A stretch of DNA of 32,000 nt, taken from an uncultured Aureispira sp. GTDB taxonomy: Bacteria > Bacteroidota > Bacteroidia > Chitinophagales > Saprospiraceae. Shown here piece after piece: positions 8,835 to 17,494 of this stretch. Below the pieces are notes generated by a model. It ran no database searches. It saw nothing but the letters and a program-made list of their open reading frames with translations, and was not told where the DNA came from. The number at the start of each line of letters is the position of its first letter. Position 1 is the first letter of the stretch. The stretch spans positions 23,871 through 55,870 of the forward strand of contig CAYULH010000014.1 in the NCBI GenBank assembly GCA_964445645.1, given 5' to 3'. The position numbers and the translations under genes are program-made.

Positions 8835-9341
8835 TCAAGCAGACTGATTTAGAATAGAATGGATGGTATATTGATTGGCAGGCTCTTTTTCTTGTAATTT
8901 TCGCATTTCGGCAGCCGTATTTTTTAAATCCACACGCAATAAGAGCTCAAACGGAATATTAAAACTAATGGCTATTCTACGAGCAAGCATTGGAGTGAGC
9001 GGCCTTGCCCCCTCTATGTACTTACGCAAATTAGAATCCTTCATCCCCCAGACCTCCGCCAATTGCTTTTTGGGAATTTTGGCAATATCCTTAAACAATT
9101 GCATCCCTTTTTTGATATAAAAACCAACAGGTTGAACATCTCTTGGTGAGCTGGCTTGCACACAGAGTTGCATTTCTAATTTGAGATGAAACAACGCCTC
9201 TTCTAGTTGCTCCTCTAGGCTACGGGCATTATAATGTTGCTTTAGATGCTCTCGAAAAGATAATTTTTGTTGTGTGGTCACTTTGCTCGGACTATTTAAT
9301 CCAATTCGTGCTTCTAGTTCTGTATTATCTGGCATAGTCAA
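8835..9341 (-). CDS. helix-turn-helix (XRE/HigA-like) DNA-binding protein with N-terminal extension
   Basis: C-terminal half 'KKQLAEVWGMKDSNLRKYIEGARPLTPMLARRIAISFNIPFELLL' is a typical XRE-type HTH. Confidence 0.6.
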   Translation of the reverse strand: MTMPDNTELEARIGLNSPSKVTTQQKLSFREHLKQHYNARSLEEQLEEALFHLKLEMQLCVQASSPRDVQPVGFYIKKGMQLFKDIAKIPKKQLAEVWGMKDSNLRKYIEGARPLTPMLARRIAISFNIPFELLLRVDLKNTAAEMRKLQEKEPANQYTIHSILNQSA

Positions 9342-9501
9342 GTTGATTTAGGTGGAAGTTGTTTATGAGAATAGGTGGCAGCTTTCTACAAAGTTGTTTA
9401 AAAACAAAATTTGCTCTAATTTGCTACGCCCATGAGTTCACCTTATGAGTAGCAATAAGCTGTTTTCAAACATTTCTACAAAAAGACAGCAAATATTCGT
9501 A

Positions 9502-10032
9502 TTAAGAACGTACTAAGTATTTTTCTATCAATTTATTGCCTGCCTCTTTGGTTATAAATAACAGATTGCTATCTTCCCAGCGTTTCGCACCATATTTTTG
9601 GCAGTATAGGCTCATGAGGCGAATTTCGTGTGCTGGATTTTTTTCTCCTACTTCAAATGCAAGAATACCTTTATTATAATGCTGACCAAATTTGGAACTC
9701 AATAAATAAGCATAAGCCAACAAACACCCTGCTACATAATTATAGCGTTTGGATTGGCCAAAATTGTGCGGTGCCACCTCTAGCAAAGGCATAAAAGGCA
9801 ATAGTGGCTCGGTTCCTCCTTGTGGTTGAAGTTGAAACGCCATACAACCTTCCAACGCTTCTGAATCTGCAATTTTCAAAGCATAAGTGGTACAATTTTT
9901 TAGTCCTTTTAGTTGTTTTGCAAAATTAAAATGCCATCCTTCTTGCATAGAAGGCAATTCATTAGCTCCTATTCCTACAATCACCGCCTCTACCAAGGTT
10001 GCGGCAGCTACATCCAAAACATTCACTTCCAT
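9502..10032 (-). CDS. hypothetical protein, GNAT-like acyltransferase fold suspected
   Basis: 176 aa. The pattern 'ALEGCMAFQL…PLLEVAPHNFGQSKRYNYVAGCLLAYAYLLSSKFG…GILAFEV…LMSLYCQKYGAKR' resembles GNAT beta4-alphaA / motif A topology. This is a fold call by eye only. Confidence 0.4.
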   Translation of the reverse strand: MEVNVLDVAAATLVEAVIVGIGANELPSMQEGWHFNFAKQLKGLKNCTTYALKIADSEALEGCMAFQLQPQGGTEPLLPFMPLLEVAPHNFGQSKRYNYVAGCLLAYAYLLSSKFGQHYNKGILAFEVGEKNPAHEIRLMSLYCQKYGAKRWEDSNLLFITKEAGNKLIEKYLVRS

Positions 10033-10054
10033 ATTTCGTCTATCTTATTAACAA

Positions 10055-10062
10055 CAAAAATA
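10055..10062 (-). promoter_or_regulatory. -7 box TATTTTTG on the minus strand
   Basis: Plus-strand CAAAAATA is the exact reverse complement of TAnnTTTG. It lies 23 nt upstream of the ATG at 10032. Confidence 0.45.
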
Positions 10063-10236
10063 GCTTTTTAGTTGTACATTTTGTATAATTTTTTACTTTT
10101 TTATTTTTTTTGTCAAAAGTGACACTCCTCCTAAACTATTAAGAAAGCAGCTTGTAAGATATAAGACCTGTTCGCATCTTTACTTCTTTCCAATACAATT
10201 CATTGACACTGTACCAAATCTATCAAAGCAACCATT

Positions 10237-10785
10237 ATGAAAGTTTTAACTTGGAGTATTTTATTAAGTTTATTTTGCTGGAGTTCCACACCAGAATCTG
10301 TACATGATTTTACCATGAACAATATAGATGGTGAACCCGTGTCGCTAAGTACCTACCAAGGAAAGGTATTATTAATTGTGAATACTGCTAGTAAATGTGG
10401 CCTAACTCCTCAATATAAGGATTTACAAAATTTGTATGAAGAATACCAAGAGCAAGGATTAGAAATACTAGGCTTTCCTGCCAATAACTTTATGGCCCAA
10501 GAACCGGGCAAAAATGCCAAAATCAAACAATTTTGTAAAGACAAATACCAAGTAACTTTTCCCATGTTCTCCAAAATTTCGGTCAAAGGCCACGAAATAC
10601 ATCCTTTGTATGCTTATTTGACTAGAAAAGAACAAAATGGGGTACTAGATGCGCCAGTAGCGTGGAATTTTCAGAAATTCTTAATAGACCGCCAAGGAAA
10701 AGTGATAAAATCCTTTGCTCCAAGAGACAAAGTAACGGATAACAAGGTCTTGAGAGCCATCAAGAAAGCACTAAAAAAGAAATAG
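10237..10785 (+). CDS. glutathione peroxidase (Cys-type)
   Basis: 'NTASKCGLTPQY', 'ILGFPANNFMAQEPG' and 'WNFQKFLIDRQGKV' are canonical GPx motifs; an N-terminal signal peptide is present. Confidence 0.9.
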   Translation: MKVLTWSILLSLFCWSSTPESVHDFTMNNIDGEPVSLSTYQGKVLLIVNTASKCGLTPQYKDLQNLYEEYQEQGLEILGFPANNFMAQEPGKNAKIKQFCKDKYQVTFPMFSKISVKGHEIHPLYAYLTRKEQNGVLDAPVAWNFQKFLIDRQGKVIKSFAPRDKVTDNKVLRAIKKALKKK

Positions 10786-10802
10786 GCATCTAATCAATAC
10801 AA

Positions 10803-10840
10803 ACAGCCCTCTTGATGCGTATCAAGAGGGCTGTTTTTTT
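10803..10840 (+). terminator. rho-independent terminator after gpx
   Basis: ACAGCCCTCTTGAT-GCGT-ATCAAGAGGGCTGT perfect 14-bp stem followed by TTTTTTT. Confidence 0.85.
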
Positions 10841-10868
10841 ATGAATTATAACTTGAAATTAAGTAGTC

Positions 10869-11492
10869 CTAAAAAGCATAATAAAGACCTATTCGGTACT
10901 GCCAGAAAGTAGTATATACAGGTGGCGGCCCATTGACACGCTGGTTAAACCAAAGTGCATTGACCAATACTTCTGTCGTAATCGAAAAACCTTTCTCAAA
11001 AGCAGTATTATAACCAATGCCCAAATTGACCGCAGGTACAAACTGTCGGGTGAGCCTGCCCGTAGTAGAGACAACCGTATGGTTCAAGTATTCGCCCTCC
11101 ACATGTGCATACAACCCTTGCAAACTTCTAACATTGGCAAACGGACGCAAATTGGCAAACACCCTTCCACCATATACATTATCACCAACATAACGCGTAC
11201 CATTCCAGTAAGCTGTATAAATATAGGTAGCCCCCACTCCTACTCCTACATGCCTATTTAATAAATACCCCACATAAGGAGAGGCATCCAAAAAAATAAA
11301 ATTCCCAAACAAGACACTAAAGGTCATCCCCACAAACAGATTTTCTACATCCAAAATATTTTTGCGCCCTTCTGCTACAGGTGTTCTAGGATTAACAATG
11401 CTGACACTATCAATCATCTCATCATCAATCTGTGCCTGAACAGCAGTACTCAAGGTCAGTAAGATTGCAAAAAGGTAAAAATAACGTTGCAT
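10869..11492 (-). CDS. outer-membrane beta-barrel (porin-family) protein
   Basis: Signal peptide ending AVQAQ, alternating beta-strand pattern, and C-terminal 'IGLYYAF' aromatic terminus. Confidence 0.6.
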   Translation of the reverse strand: MQRYFYLFAILLTLSTAVQAQIDDEMIDSVSIVNPRTPVAEGRKNILDVENLFVGMTFSVLFGNFIFLDASPYVGYLLNRHVGVGVGATYIYTAYWNGTRYVGDNVYGGRVFANLRPFANVRSLQGLYAHVEGEYLNHTVVSTTGRLTRQFVPAVNLGIGYNTAFEKGFSITTEVLVNALWFNQRVNGPPPVYTTFWQYRIGLYYAF

Positions 11493-11865
11493 ACTGGTTG
11501 ATTTATAAAGTTGTTTTAAGATAACAAGATTATTGCTATGGGTAGAATAGCAAGTTTGGGGACATCATTTGCACAAAAAATATTAACAAAACACCGTATT
11601 TTCCCAACGGTTTTACAAAACATTGCGTTTTTAGAAGTAGAATCGAGTTTTAGTCTTCACAATTCATACCAAAACACCTAGTAAAGACGTTAAATACTAG
11701 AGAAGCTTTGGTAAGACGATTGAAGGCATGAATTATCTTTTTTTGCTTATTCCCATTGGAAGATCAAAACTACTAAAAGCTTTTGCATTTAAGCTGGTTA
11801 TTAGAGAAGTTAGACCAAATATTTTTAACAACTTCTTTTATTAGAATGATGTACAATTTGTCTGA

Positions 11866-12435
11866 ATGAAATATTCTACAAAAAATACCGATCAAGAACT
11901 TGTAAAGGGCTGCCGCAAAGGCAATCGCCTAGCACAAAAGTTTTTGTATGAGCGTTACTTCGGTAAAATGCTTGGTATTGCTATGCGGTATACCAAACAC
12001 CAAGAAGAGGCAATAGAAATCCTAAATGCCGCCTTCCTAAAAGTGTTTACAGGATTAGACAAATATCAGGACAACAATAACTTAGCTGGCTGGATTGCCA
12101 AAATCGTTTTCAATAGTGCTATCGACCATGTACGACGACATACCAAATACCGAAAAGTGATGAACTTTGAGGTAGAACAGGATTTGCCCGTCTACAATGA
12201 TAGCATCAACCATCTTCAAGCAGAGGATTTATTCAAACTCATTCAACAACTTCCCACTGCCTCCCGAACTGTATTTTGCTTGTATGTAGTAGACGGCTAC
12301 AAACACAAAGAAGTAGCCGAAATGCTCAATATTACAGTTGGGACATCAAAGTGGCATTTAGCGAACGCACGCAAGGAACTACAGCGAATGATTCGACAAC
12401 AAGACAGAGAAGAATTACTCGTTCGTGGTTACTAA
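11866..12435 (+). CDS. ECF-type RNA polymerase sigma-70 family factor
   Basis: Region 2 ('FLYERYFGKMLGIAMRYT…EEAIEILNAAFLKVF') and region 4 HTH ('YKHKEVAEMLNITVGTSKWHLANARKEL'). Confidence 0.9.
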   Translation: MKYSTKNTDQELVKGCRKGNRLAQKFLYERYFGKMLGIAMRYTKHQEEAIEILNAAFLKVFTGLDKYQDNNNLAGWIAKIVFNSAIDHVRRHTKYRKVMNFEVEQDLPVYNDSINHLQAEDLFKLIQQLPTASRTVFCLYVVDGYKHKEVAEMLNITVGTSKWHLANARKELQRMIRQQDREELLVRGY

Positions 12436-12444
12436 CCATTTTAT

Positions 12445-13995
12445 GTGTTTGAACAAAAAAAAACTCCTAATAAAGTAGAAAGACTGAATGCGATGAACAA
12501 ATTTTACAACAATGAAGATGATTTCCTGCGCCACAAGCTCACCAGCCACGAGTTTGATGCGCTACCACAAGCTTGGGAGCAAATGTCTGCTCTCTTAGAC
12601 AGCCAACCTGCTGTGGCTCGGCGTTCTGCCGGTTACTATTGGTGGGGCTTGTCTATCGCTGCCCTTTTATTTGGAGCTACTAGTGGTATTTATTATTATA
12701 ATAGTAAGAATATCCCTGCCAACTCTTCCCAGCCTACTACTACCATTACTGCCAATACGCCAATGGCTTCTATAAATCAATCAGGTAATAGGTATAACCA
12801 CAAAAACCAACAGTCGGTCATTGCATCTGCCGAGCAAACAACCAATGCTGCTGCCTCTATCCATACAGAAGCGGCTTCAACTATTGCTCCTGCAATACAA
12901 CAACAACAACAACAAGCAAACAATACGATTACTGCATCTAGTACACACCATACCACTAGTACTGCATCTAGTAATTCTACACTTATTGCTAAGAATAATA
13001 ATGGTAATAGTAATTCCAACAACTTTGCTACCACTAGTCCTAATCCAACTGTTAGCACAGCTAATACCCATACAAACGTAGAAACAACTACGGCAACCAA
13101 TACAAACAACGAACAAGAGATTCCATTGGTAGCCAATGCAGCTACTACGACACCTAAAGTTCTAACAGAAGAACAGCAGCGTCGAATTAAGAAAACTCGC
13201 ACCGAAATTATTTATCAGTACTCTACTACTCCCCTCAAGGCATTGCAAGAAAGAAGAAAACAAGCAATCGGAACGTTTGGCATCAAGGAAGAAGTAGACT
13301 TTAAAAAATCACCCATCAAATTTGGAGTTACCGTAGGCGCAAGCACACAATTGCCTGCTATCAGCCCCCAAAAAGTGGCTTTTAGACCTACAGTTGGCGC
13401 ACAAGTAAGTGGCCAGTTTGCCAAACGCCACCACATTCAGGTAGGCGCTCAATACAAAAACTTGGCGGTAGATACCGATGCCCCTGCCGAAAACAGTTCC
13501 TACTCTGGAGATAACAACCAAAGCCAACACCAAGCACACCAAATTAGAGGCATCAACCTAATAGAGTTTCCTGTTGTATACAAAGTACATCCACACCCCA
13601 AATACAATTTACAAGCTGGTGTAAAACCTGCTATTGTACTAGGTGTAAATTCAGAAGCCAAAAAAAGTGTTGATTTGCGTCAAGCCAATCTAGGGCTTTC
13701 CTCTTGGGACTTGGGTGTATTATTAGGAGCAGAATATTCCTTGAACAAAAATTGGTCTATTGGCATACAATACACCTTAGGGCTTTTTAATATGGCCCAA
13801 AATGCACAACCGCTGCATGACCAACAACAAGCAGCCAATAACCTTTCAAGTGATCCAATGCCAGCACAAGCCATCCACAAAGACAACGAATTGTTGGTTC
13901 CTGTTGGCAATACTCCAAGCACCAGCCACTATATCCGCATACCCAAACAAATCAAAAACAGTGATCTCCAATTGCTTTTGAAATACAATTTCTAA
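12445..13995 (+). CDS. sigma-partner membrane protein: N-terminal cytoplasmic segment, TM helix, Q/N/T/S low-complexity linker, C-terminal beta-barrel-like domain (possible anti-sigma factor)
   Basis: It starts 10 nt after the sigma gene; the alternative ATG is at 12493. TM helix 'YYWWGLSIAALLFGATSGIYYY'. Residues roughly 95-240 are low complexity and include QQQQQQ. The C-terminus has alternating strands and ends 'LLLKYNF'. Confidence 0.5.
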   Translation: MFEQKKTPNKVERLNAMNKFYNNEDDFLRHKLTSHEFDALPQAWEQMSALLDSQPAVARRSAGYYWWGLSIAALLFGATSGIYYYNSKNIPANSSQPTTTITANTPMASINQSGNRYNHKNQQSVIASAEQTTNAAASIHTEAASTIAPAIQQQQQQANNTITASSTHHTTSTASSNSTLIAKNNNGNSNSNNFATTSPNPTVSTANTHTNVETTTATNTNNEQEIPLVANAATTTPKVLTEEQQRRIKKTRTEIIYQYSTTPLKALQERRKQAIGTFGIKEEVDFKKSPIKFGVTVGASTQLPAISPQKVAFRPTVGAQVSGQFAKRHHIQVGAQYKNLAVDTDAPAENSSYSGDNNQSQHQAHQIRGINLIEFPVVYKVHPHPKYNLQAGVKPAIVLGVNSEAKKSVDLRQANLGLSSWDLGVLLGAEYSLNKNWSIGIQYTLGLFNMAQNAQPLHDQQQAANNLSSDPMPAQAIHKDNELLVPVGNTPSTSHYIRIPKQIKNSDLQLLLKYNF

Positions 13996-14039
13996 AACAC
14001 TTGGTGAAGTATTACCATAAAAATTCGCACTTTTGCCCT

Positions 14040-14077
14040 ACAACATTCCTTCTAATCCAGAGGGAATGTTGTTTTTT
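14040..14077 (+). terminator. rho-independent terminator
   Basis: ACAACATTCC…GGAATGTTGT stem followed by TTTTTT. Confidence 0.8.
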
Positions 14078-14121
14078 ATTCATGAAGCTGTTTACAACAT
14101 CCTATTTGAGAATTTAAACGC

Positions 14122-14553
14122 ATGACACCACCACTATTCAAAGCAGCAGATTTAGACGCTCTAAGAGCATTAATTCCTACGCTGTTACCTTTTGTCCAAA
14201 AACACAAAAAAATCGCCTTTGTAGGCGAAATGGGCGCAGGCAAAACCACCCTCATCAAATTACTTTGTGAGGCACTAGACGCATTAGATACCGCCACAAG
14301 CCCCACCTTTGCTATTGTTAATGTATATGCTACACCCACCATTCCTATACACCATCTGGATTTATATCGACTAAATTCTGAAGAAGAAGGATTTTCTATC
14401 GGTCTCTTGGAACTTTTTGAGGATAATAGTTATTGTTTTATTGAATGGCCGCAAGTCATGGAAGCCTACTTGCCCGAAGAAACCCTTTGGTTAACACTAA
14501 CGGTAGGAGACCAAGAAGAGCGACTTATTCAATTACAAACAACAATGCCATAA
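14122..14553 (+). CDS. tsaE: tRNA t6A37 biosynthesis ATPase TsaE (YjeE)
   Basis: P-loop 'GEMGAGKTTLIK', 'SPTFAIVNVY', 'HLDLYRL' and 'IEWP' are canonical TsaE motifs. Confidence 0.9.
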   Translation: MTPPLFKAADLDALRALIPTLLPFVQKHKKIAFVGEMGAGKTTLIKLLCEALDALDTATSPTFAIVNVYATPTIPIHHLDLYRLNSEEEGFSIGLLELFEDNSYCFIEWPQVMEAYLPEETLWLTLTVGDQEERLIQLQTTMP

Positions 14554-14588
14554 AAAACAGAAAAAGTTATTTTTTTCTTGCCAAAATT

Positions 14589-14618
14589 TTGCATTTTGTT
14601 TTTGATACTCTATATTTG
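14589..14618 (+). promoter_or_regulatory. Bacteroidetes sigma-A promoter (TTG-N19-TATATTTG) for tRNA-Gln
   Basis: TTG at 14589..14591 and an exact TAnnTTTG at 14611..14618, 20 nt upstream of the tRNA 5' end. Confidence 0.55.
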
Positions 14619-14638
14619 CATTCGCTTCGAGGAAGTAA

Positions 14639-14710
14639 TGGCCCATGGTGTAATTGGCAACACTCCGGTTTTTGGTACCGTCATTCAAGGTTCGAGTCCT
14701 TGTGGGCCAA
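14639..14710 (+). tRNA. tRNA-Gln (anticodon UUG)
   Basis: Cloverleaf read by eye: acceptor TGGCCCA/TGGGCCA, D-arm GTGT-AATTGGCA-ACAC, anticodon arm CCGGT-TTTTGGT-ACCGT (anticodon TTG), T-arm CAAGG-TTCGAGT-CCTTG. The U1-A72 pair is typical of bacterial tRNA-Gln. CCA is not encoded. Confidence 0.85.
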
Positions 14711-14715
14711 CAAAA

Positions 14716-14747
14716 AGTCTCTAATCAACTGATTAGAGACTTTTTTT
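14716..14747 (+). terminator. rho-independent terminator after tRNA-Gln
   Basis: AGTCTCTAATC-AACT-GATTAGAGACT perfect stem followed by TTTTTT. Confidence 0.85.
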
Positions 14748-15183
14748 ATTGTAGCCTGTCCATCTGCCCCCCTAACACTCCATCCTCCCCAAAAAACTTA
14801 CAGCTAGTCTTATTACAATAGTTTTTTTTTGAGAGTTTTGATTTACAATTACATTAATATAAACGACTTAGGAGTATTTTTGAAGTTATTTTTTTTGAAA
14901 TCTCGCAAAAGAATATAAATTTGTAATTAACTTCCCTTAAAAGCATACCATTAACCCTTAGTTTAGCGTTTAAACTATAAATCATTCCCCTCAATTATAT
15001 TCCTACCTTCAACATACCCATTACACCAGTATTCTGTAGATAAAGCGTCTAATTAACTCCAATAGAGTAGAGCAGTTTTTAAGGCATTTTGTAATTAAAA
15101 TTTTGACATTTTTACTTAGTGGATTAATTATAATACTACAAAAAAACATTACAGCTATTCTGGTAATAAACGAACAACTAACT

Positions 15184-15504
15184 ATGAACAAAGGAGAGTT
15201 AATTGATAGAATTGCTAAAAAAGCAAGTTTGAGAAAAGCAGATGCAGCGGCTGCCCTTGATGCAGTATTAGAATCTATTCAAGAAGCCCTAGAACACGGA
15301 GAAAAAGTAACCCTAGTCAACTTTTGCACGCTTTATCCTAGCTACAAAGCTCCCCGAAAAGGGATCAACCCCTCTAACAAAAAACCAGTGATGATAGGGG
15401 AAAAAGTAACGGTCAAATTCAAGACAGGCAAAATACTAGCCGATGCTGTCAACAATCCCAAACTCCTGAAAGCATTAAAACCTGATCCAGAATCCAAAAA
15501 GTAG
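15184..15504 (+). CDS. HU-family DNA-binding protein with Lys/Pro-rich C-terminal tail
   Basis: 'MNKGELIDRIAKKASLRKADAAAALDAVLESIQEAL…GEKVTL' followed by the arm 'RKGINPSNKKPVMIGEKVTVKFKTGK'. The ATG at 15184 gives the canonical HU N-terminus. Confidence 0.85.
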   Translation: MNKGELIDRIAKKASLRKADAAAALDAVLESIQEALEHGEKVTLVNFCTLYPSYKAPRKGINPSNKKPVMIGEKVTVKFKTGKILADAVNNPKLLKALKPDPESKK

Positions 15505-15510
15505 CTCAAG

Positions 15511-16257
15511 CTACTTTTCGTGTACTGCCTTGGCTATAGATGCCATCAACTGTGGTTGCTGTTCCAACAAATTCCCCACAACAATGACATCAGCCCCTGC
15601 CCTCACATTGGCCTGTGCTTGGGCAGCGGAGCGAATGCCCCCACCTATGATAAGTGGAATATCGACCGCAGCACTAACGGACTCTATCATGGTGGTACTA
15701 ATTGGGCGTTGTGCGCCACTACCTGCATCCATATAGAGCATTTTTAGCCCAAGCAATTCGCCAGCCATTGCGGTGCAAACAGCTATACTGTCTTTGTCGG
15801 CAGGTATTGGAAAGGTATTGGACATGTAAGAAACGGAGGTAGGCACGCCTCCATCTATCAGCATATAACCTGTCGAAATGATTTCTAAGGGGCTAATTTT
15901 TAGATAAGGAGCAATTTCAACATGTTTTCCTATCAATAATTCTGCATTCCTACCAGAGATAAGCGACAATAACAAAAGACCATCGGCTCGGTAACTCAAT
16001 TGGCGAGAACTCCCCGGAAATAAAATCACAGGAATAGATGCTTGTGCCTTAATCAAAGAGATCATCTCATCCAATTCATTATTTACAACCAAACTTCCCC
16101 CTACAAAAAAATAATCGACTTGGGCTTGTACCGCCAACTCCACCAAGGGAGGGATTTCTGCGATTGTTAGCTTATCGGGATCTATCAGTACTGCAAACTT
16201 CTTCTTTCCTGCCAATTTGTCTACTAAAAGCTGCTTGTAAATTTGATATTCTGCCAT
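15511..16257 (-). CDS. geranylgeranylglyceryl-phosphate synthase family protein (PcrB/GGGPS, bacteroidetal type)
   Basis: TIM-barrel motifs 'AVLIDPDK', 'YFFVGGS', 'MLYMDAGSGA' and 'PLIIGGGIRSAAQA…GADVIVVGN'. Confidence 0.8.
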   Translation of the reverse strand: MAEYQIYKQLLVDKLAGKKKFAVLIDPDKLTIAEIPPLVELAVQAQVDYFFVGGSLVVNNELDEMISLIKAQASIPVILFPGSSRQLSYRADGLLLLSLISGRNAELLIGKHVEIAPYLKISPLEIISTGYMLIDGGVPTSVSYMSNTFPIPADKDSIAVCTAMAGELLGLKMLYMDAGSGAQRPISTTMIESVSAAVDIPLIIGGGIRSAAQAQANVRAGADVIVVGNLLEQQPQLMASIAKAVHEK

Positions 16258-16647
16258 AATGACCTTTTTAAAGAAAAATGCGCCTTAAAAAAGGTAAAAG
16301 TAGGGTTTTAAAAACAATTTATGAATGCTATTAGGCTGCTTTTGTTTAAGATTCCTCCCAAACCAAGCTATCTCCGCCCTCCAATCCATATATTCGCCCT
16401 TATTCCAAAATAGTCCTACTGATTGGCTTATTTGTTGCAGTTAAAATAAATAAATCACAGGCTATTTTTGGTAAAAAAATGCGTTATATTTTGCAGTTTT
16501 TTTATAATTCTTCCATACACAATTAATACATTTAATACCTGATTTCGGCACGGTATAACACAGCATTTGCCTTCCCTACAGCGTTATCCATTATAGCAAC
16601 AATGACCGCCCTTTATTTCATTCACTAACTATCTAAACAATTTGCTT

Positions 16648-17418
16648 ATGCGTTTATTCTTATTGCTCTCAGCGTTTATTACAATGGCATTTATTGCTTG
16701 TGATAAGACCACCGAACCAGAAGTTCCAACAGGAACCTTAGAACTAATTTTTAAAGCGCGCTATGAAGGCGCACCTATGCCAACCTACAGCGACATCAAT
16801 ACAGGCAAAACAGAACCGTCTAGTCTTCTTTTTAAGAAAATAGAATTTTTTATTTCTGAAATTAAGGGCAAACAAGATGGAAAAATGGTTGAGATAGCTG
16901 ATGTAAGTTATGTTACACTCAACAACTTATCCGATGCCGCCAAAGCTGAAGAAGGCTACAAAGTGACCTTAACCAATGTACCTGTGGGCGATTATAGCCA
17001 ACTGGCCTATGGTGTGGGGGTGCCCGATGCCATCAATGCAACCTCCCCCGGAGATTATGACTCGAACTCCCCTTTAGGCATGAATGCCAATTACTGGGCG
17101 AGCTGGCAAAGCTATATCCTCTGCAAGATTGAAGGCGATGCAACCCTAGCCAGTGGTCTAAAAGAAGGATTCTTGTACCATGCTGGTGTCAATGGTATGT
17201 ATCAAGAACGCACCTTTGACAAAGACTTTACCATCAATGAGGGAGAAACTAGTACGCTTGTTTTCCACCTTCACGCTAGAGATTTGTTCTTTAAGTCAGG
17301 ACAAGAAATTGATGTCGTAGCCGATCCTAGCACCCATTCAGGGCCAGCAGGGAGCGATGCTTATAAATTGGCAGAAAAAGCAATTACCAATTTGGCCGAT
17401 GCCTTGCATGTTCAATAA
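16648..17418 (+). CDS. MbnP-family (copper-binding, MbnH-partner) lipoprotein
   Basis: Lipobox 'MAFIAC|DK'. Family-like blocks: 'LELIFKARYEG…', 'LLFKKIEFFISEIKG', 'VPVGDYSQLAYGVGVP', 'ANYWASWQSYILCKIEG' and 'FLYHAGVNG'. It sits immediately upstream of di-haem peroxidase genes, the canonical MbnP-MbnH arrangement. Confidence 0.6.
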   Translation: MRLFLLLSAFITMAFIACDKTTEPEVPTGTLELIFKARYEGAPMPTYSDINTGKTEPSSLLFKKIEFFISEIKGKQDGKMVEIADVSYVTLNNLSDAAKAEEGYKVTLTNVPVGDYSQLAYGVGVPDAINATSPGDYDSNSPLGMNANYWASWQSYILCKIEGDATLASGLKEGFLYHAGVNGMYQERTFDKDFTINEGETSTLVFHLHARDLFFKSGQEIDVVADPSTHSGPAGSDAYKLAEKAITNLADALHVQ

Positions 17419-17494
17419 GTAAGTTGCACCGTTTTTGGGTTGTTCACAAAAGTTAGCGCTTTTGTGGACAACTATTTTGCCTAAATTTTCGCCT

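Noticed and set aside
12777-13542. Several ORFs on both strands inside the anti-sigma-like gene (for example 12777..13202, containing CCCCCC runs)
   Set aside because: They arise from the Q/N/T/S low-complexity (CAA/ACA-rich) region of the 516-aa gene and have no independent support.
14916-15183. TAAATTTG box at 14916..14923 and the repeated TTTGTAATTAA (14920 and 15089) in the 430-bp spacer upstream of HU, as a possible sRNA or long leader
   Set aside because: The only support is a single consensus-box match in AT-rich sequence. No hairpin/terminator pair or conserved structure is visible, which is too weak to call.
15511-16257. Archaeal-type GGGP synthase in a bacterium as a novelty
   Set aside because: GGGPS/PcrB homologues are already well documented in Bacteroidota, so this is an expected lineage feature rather than a new finding.
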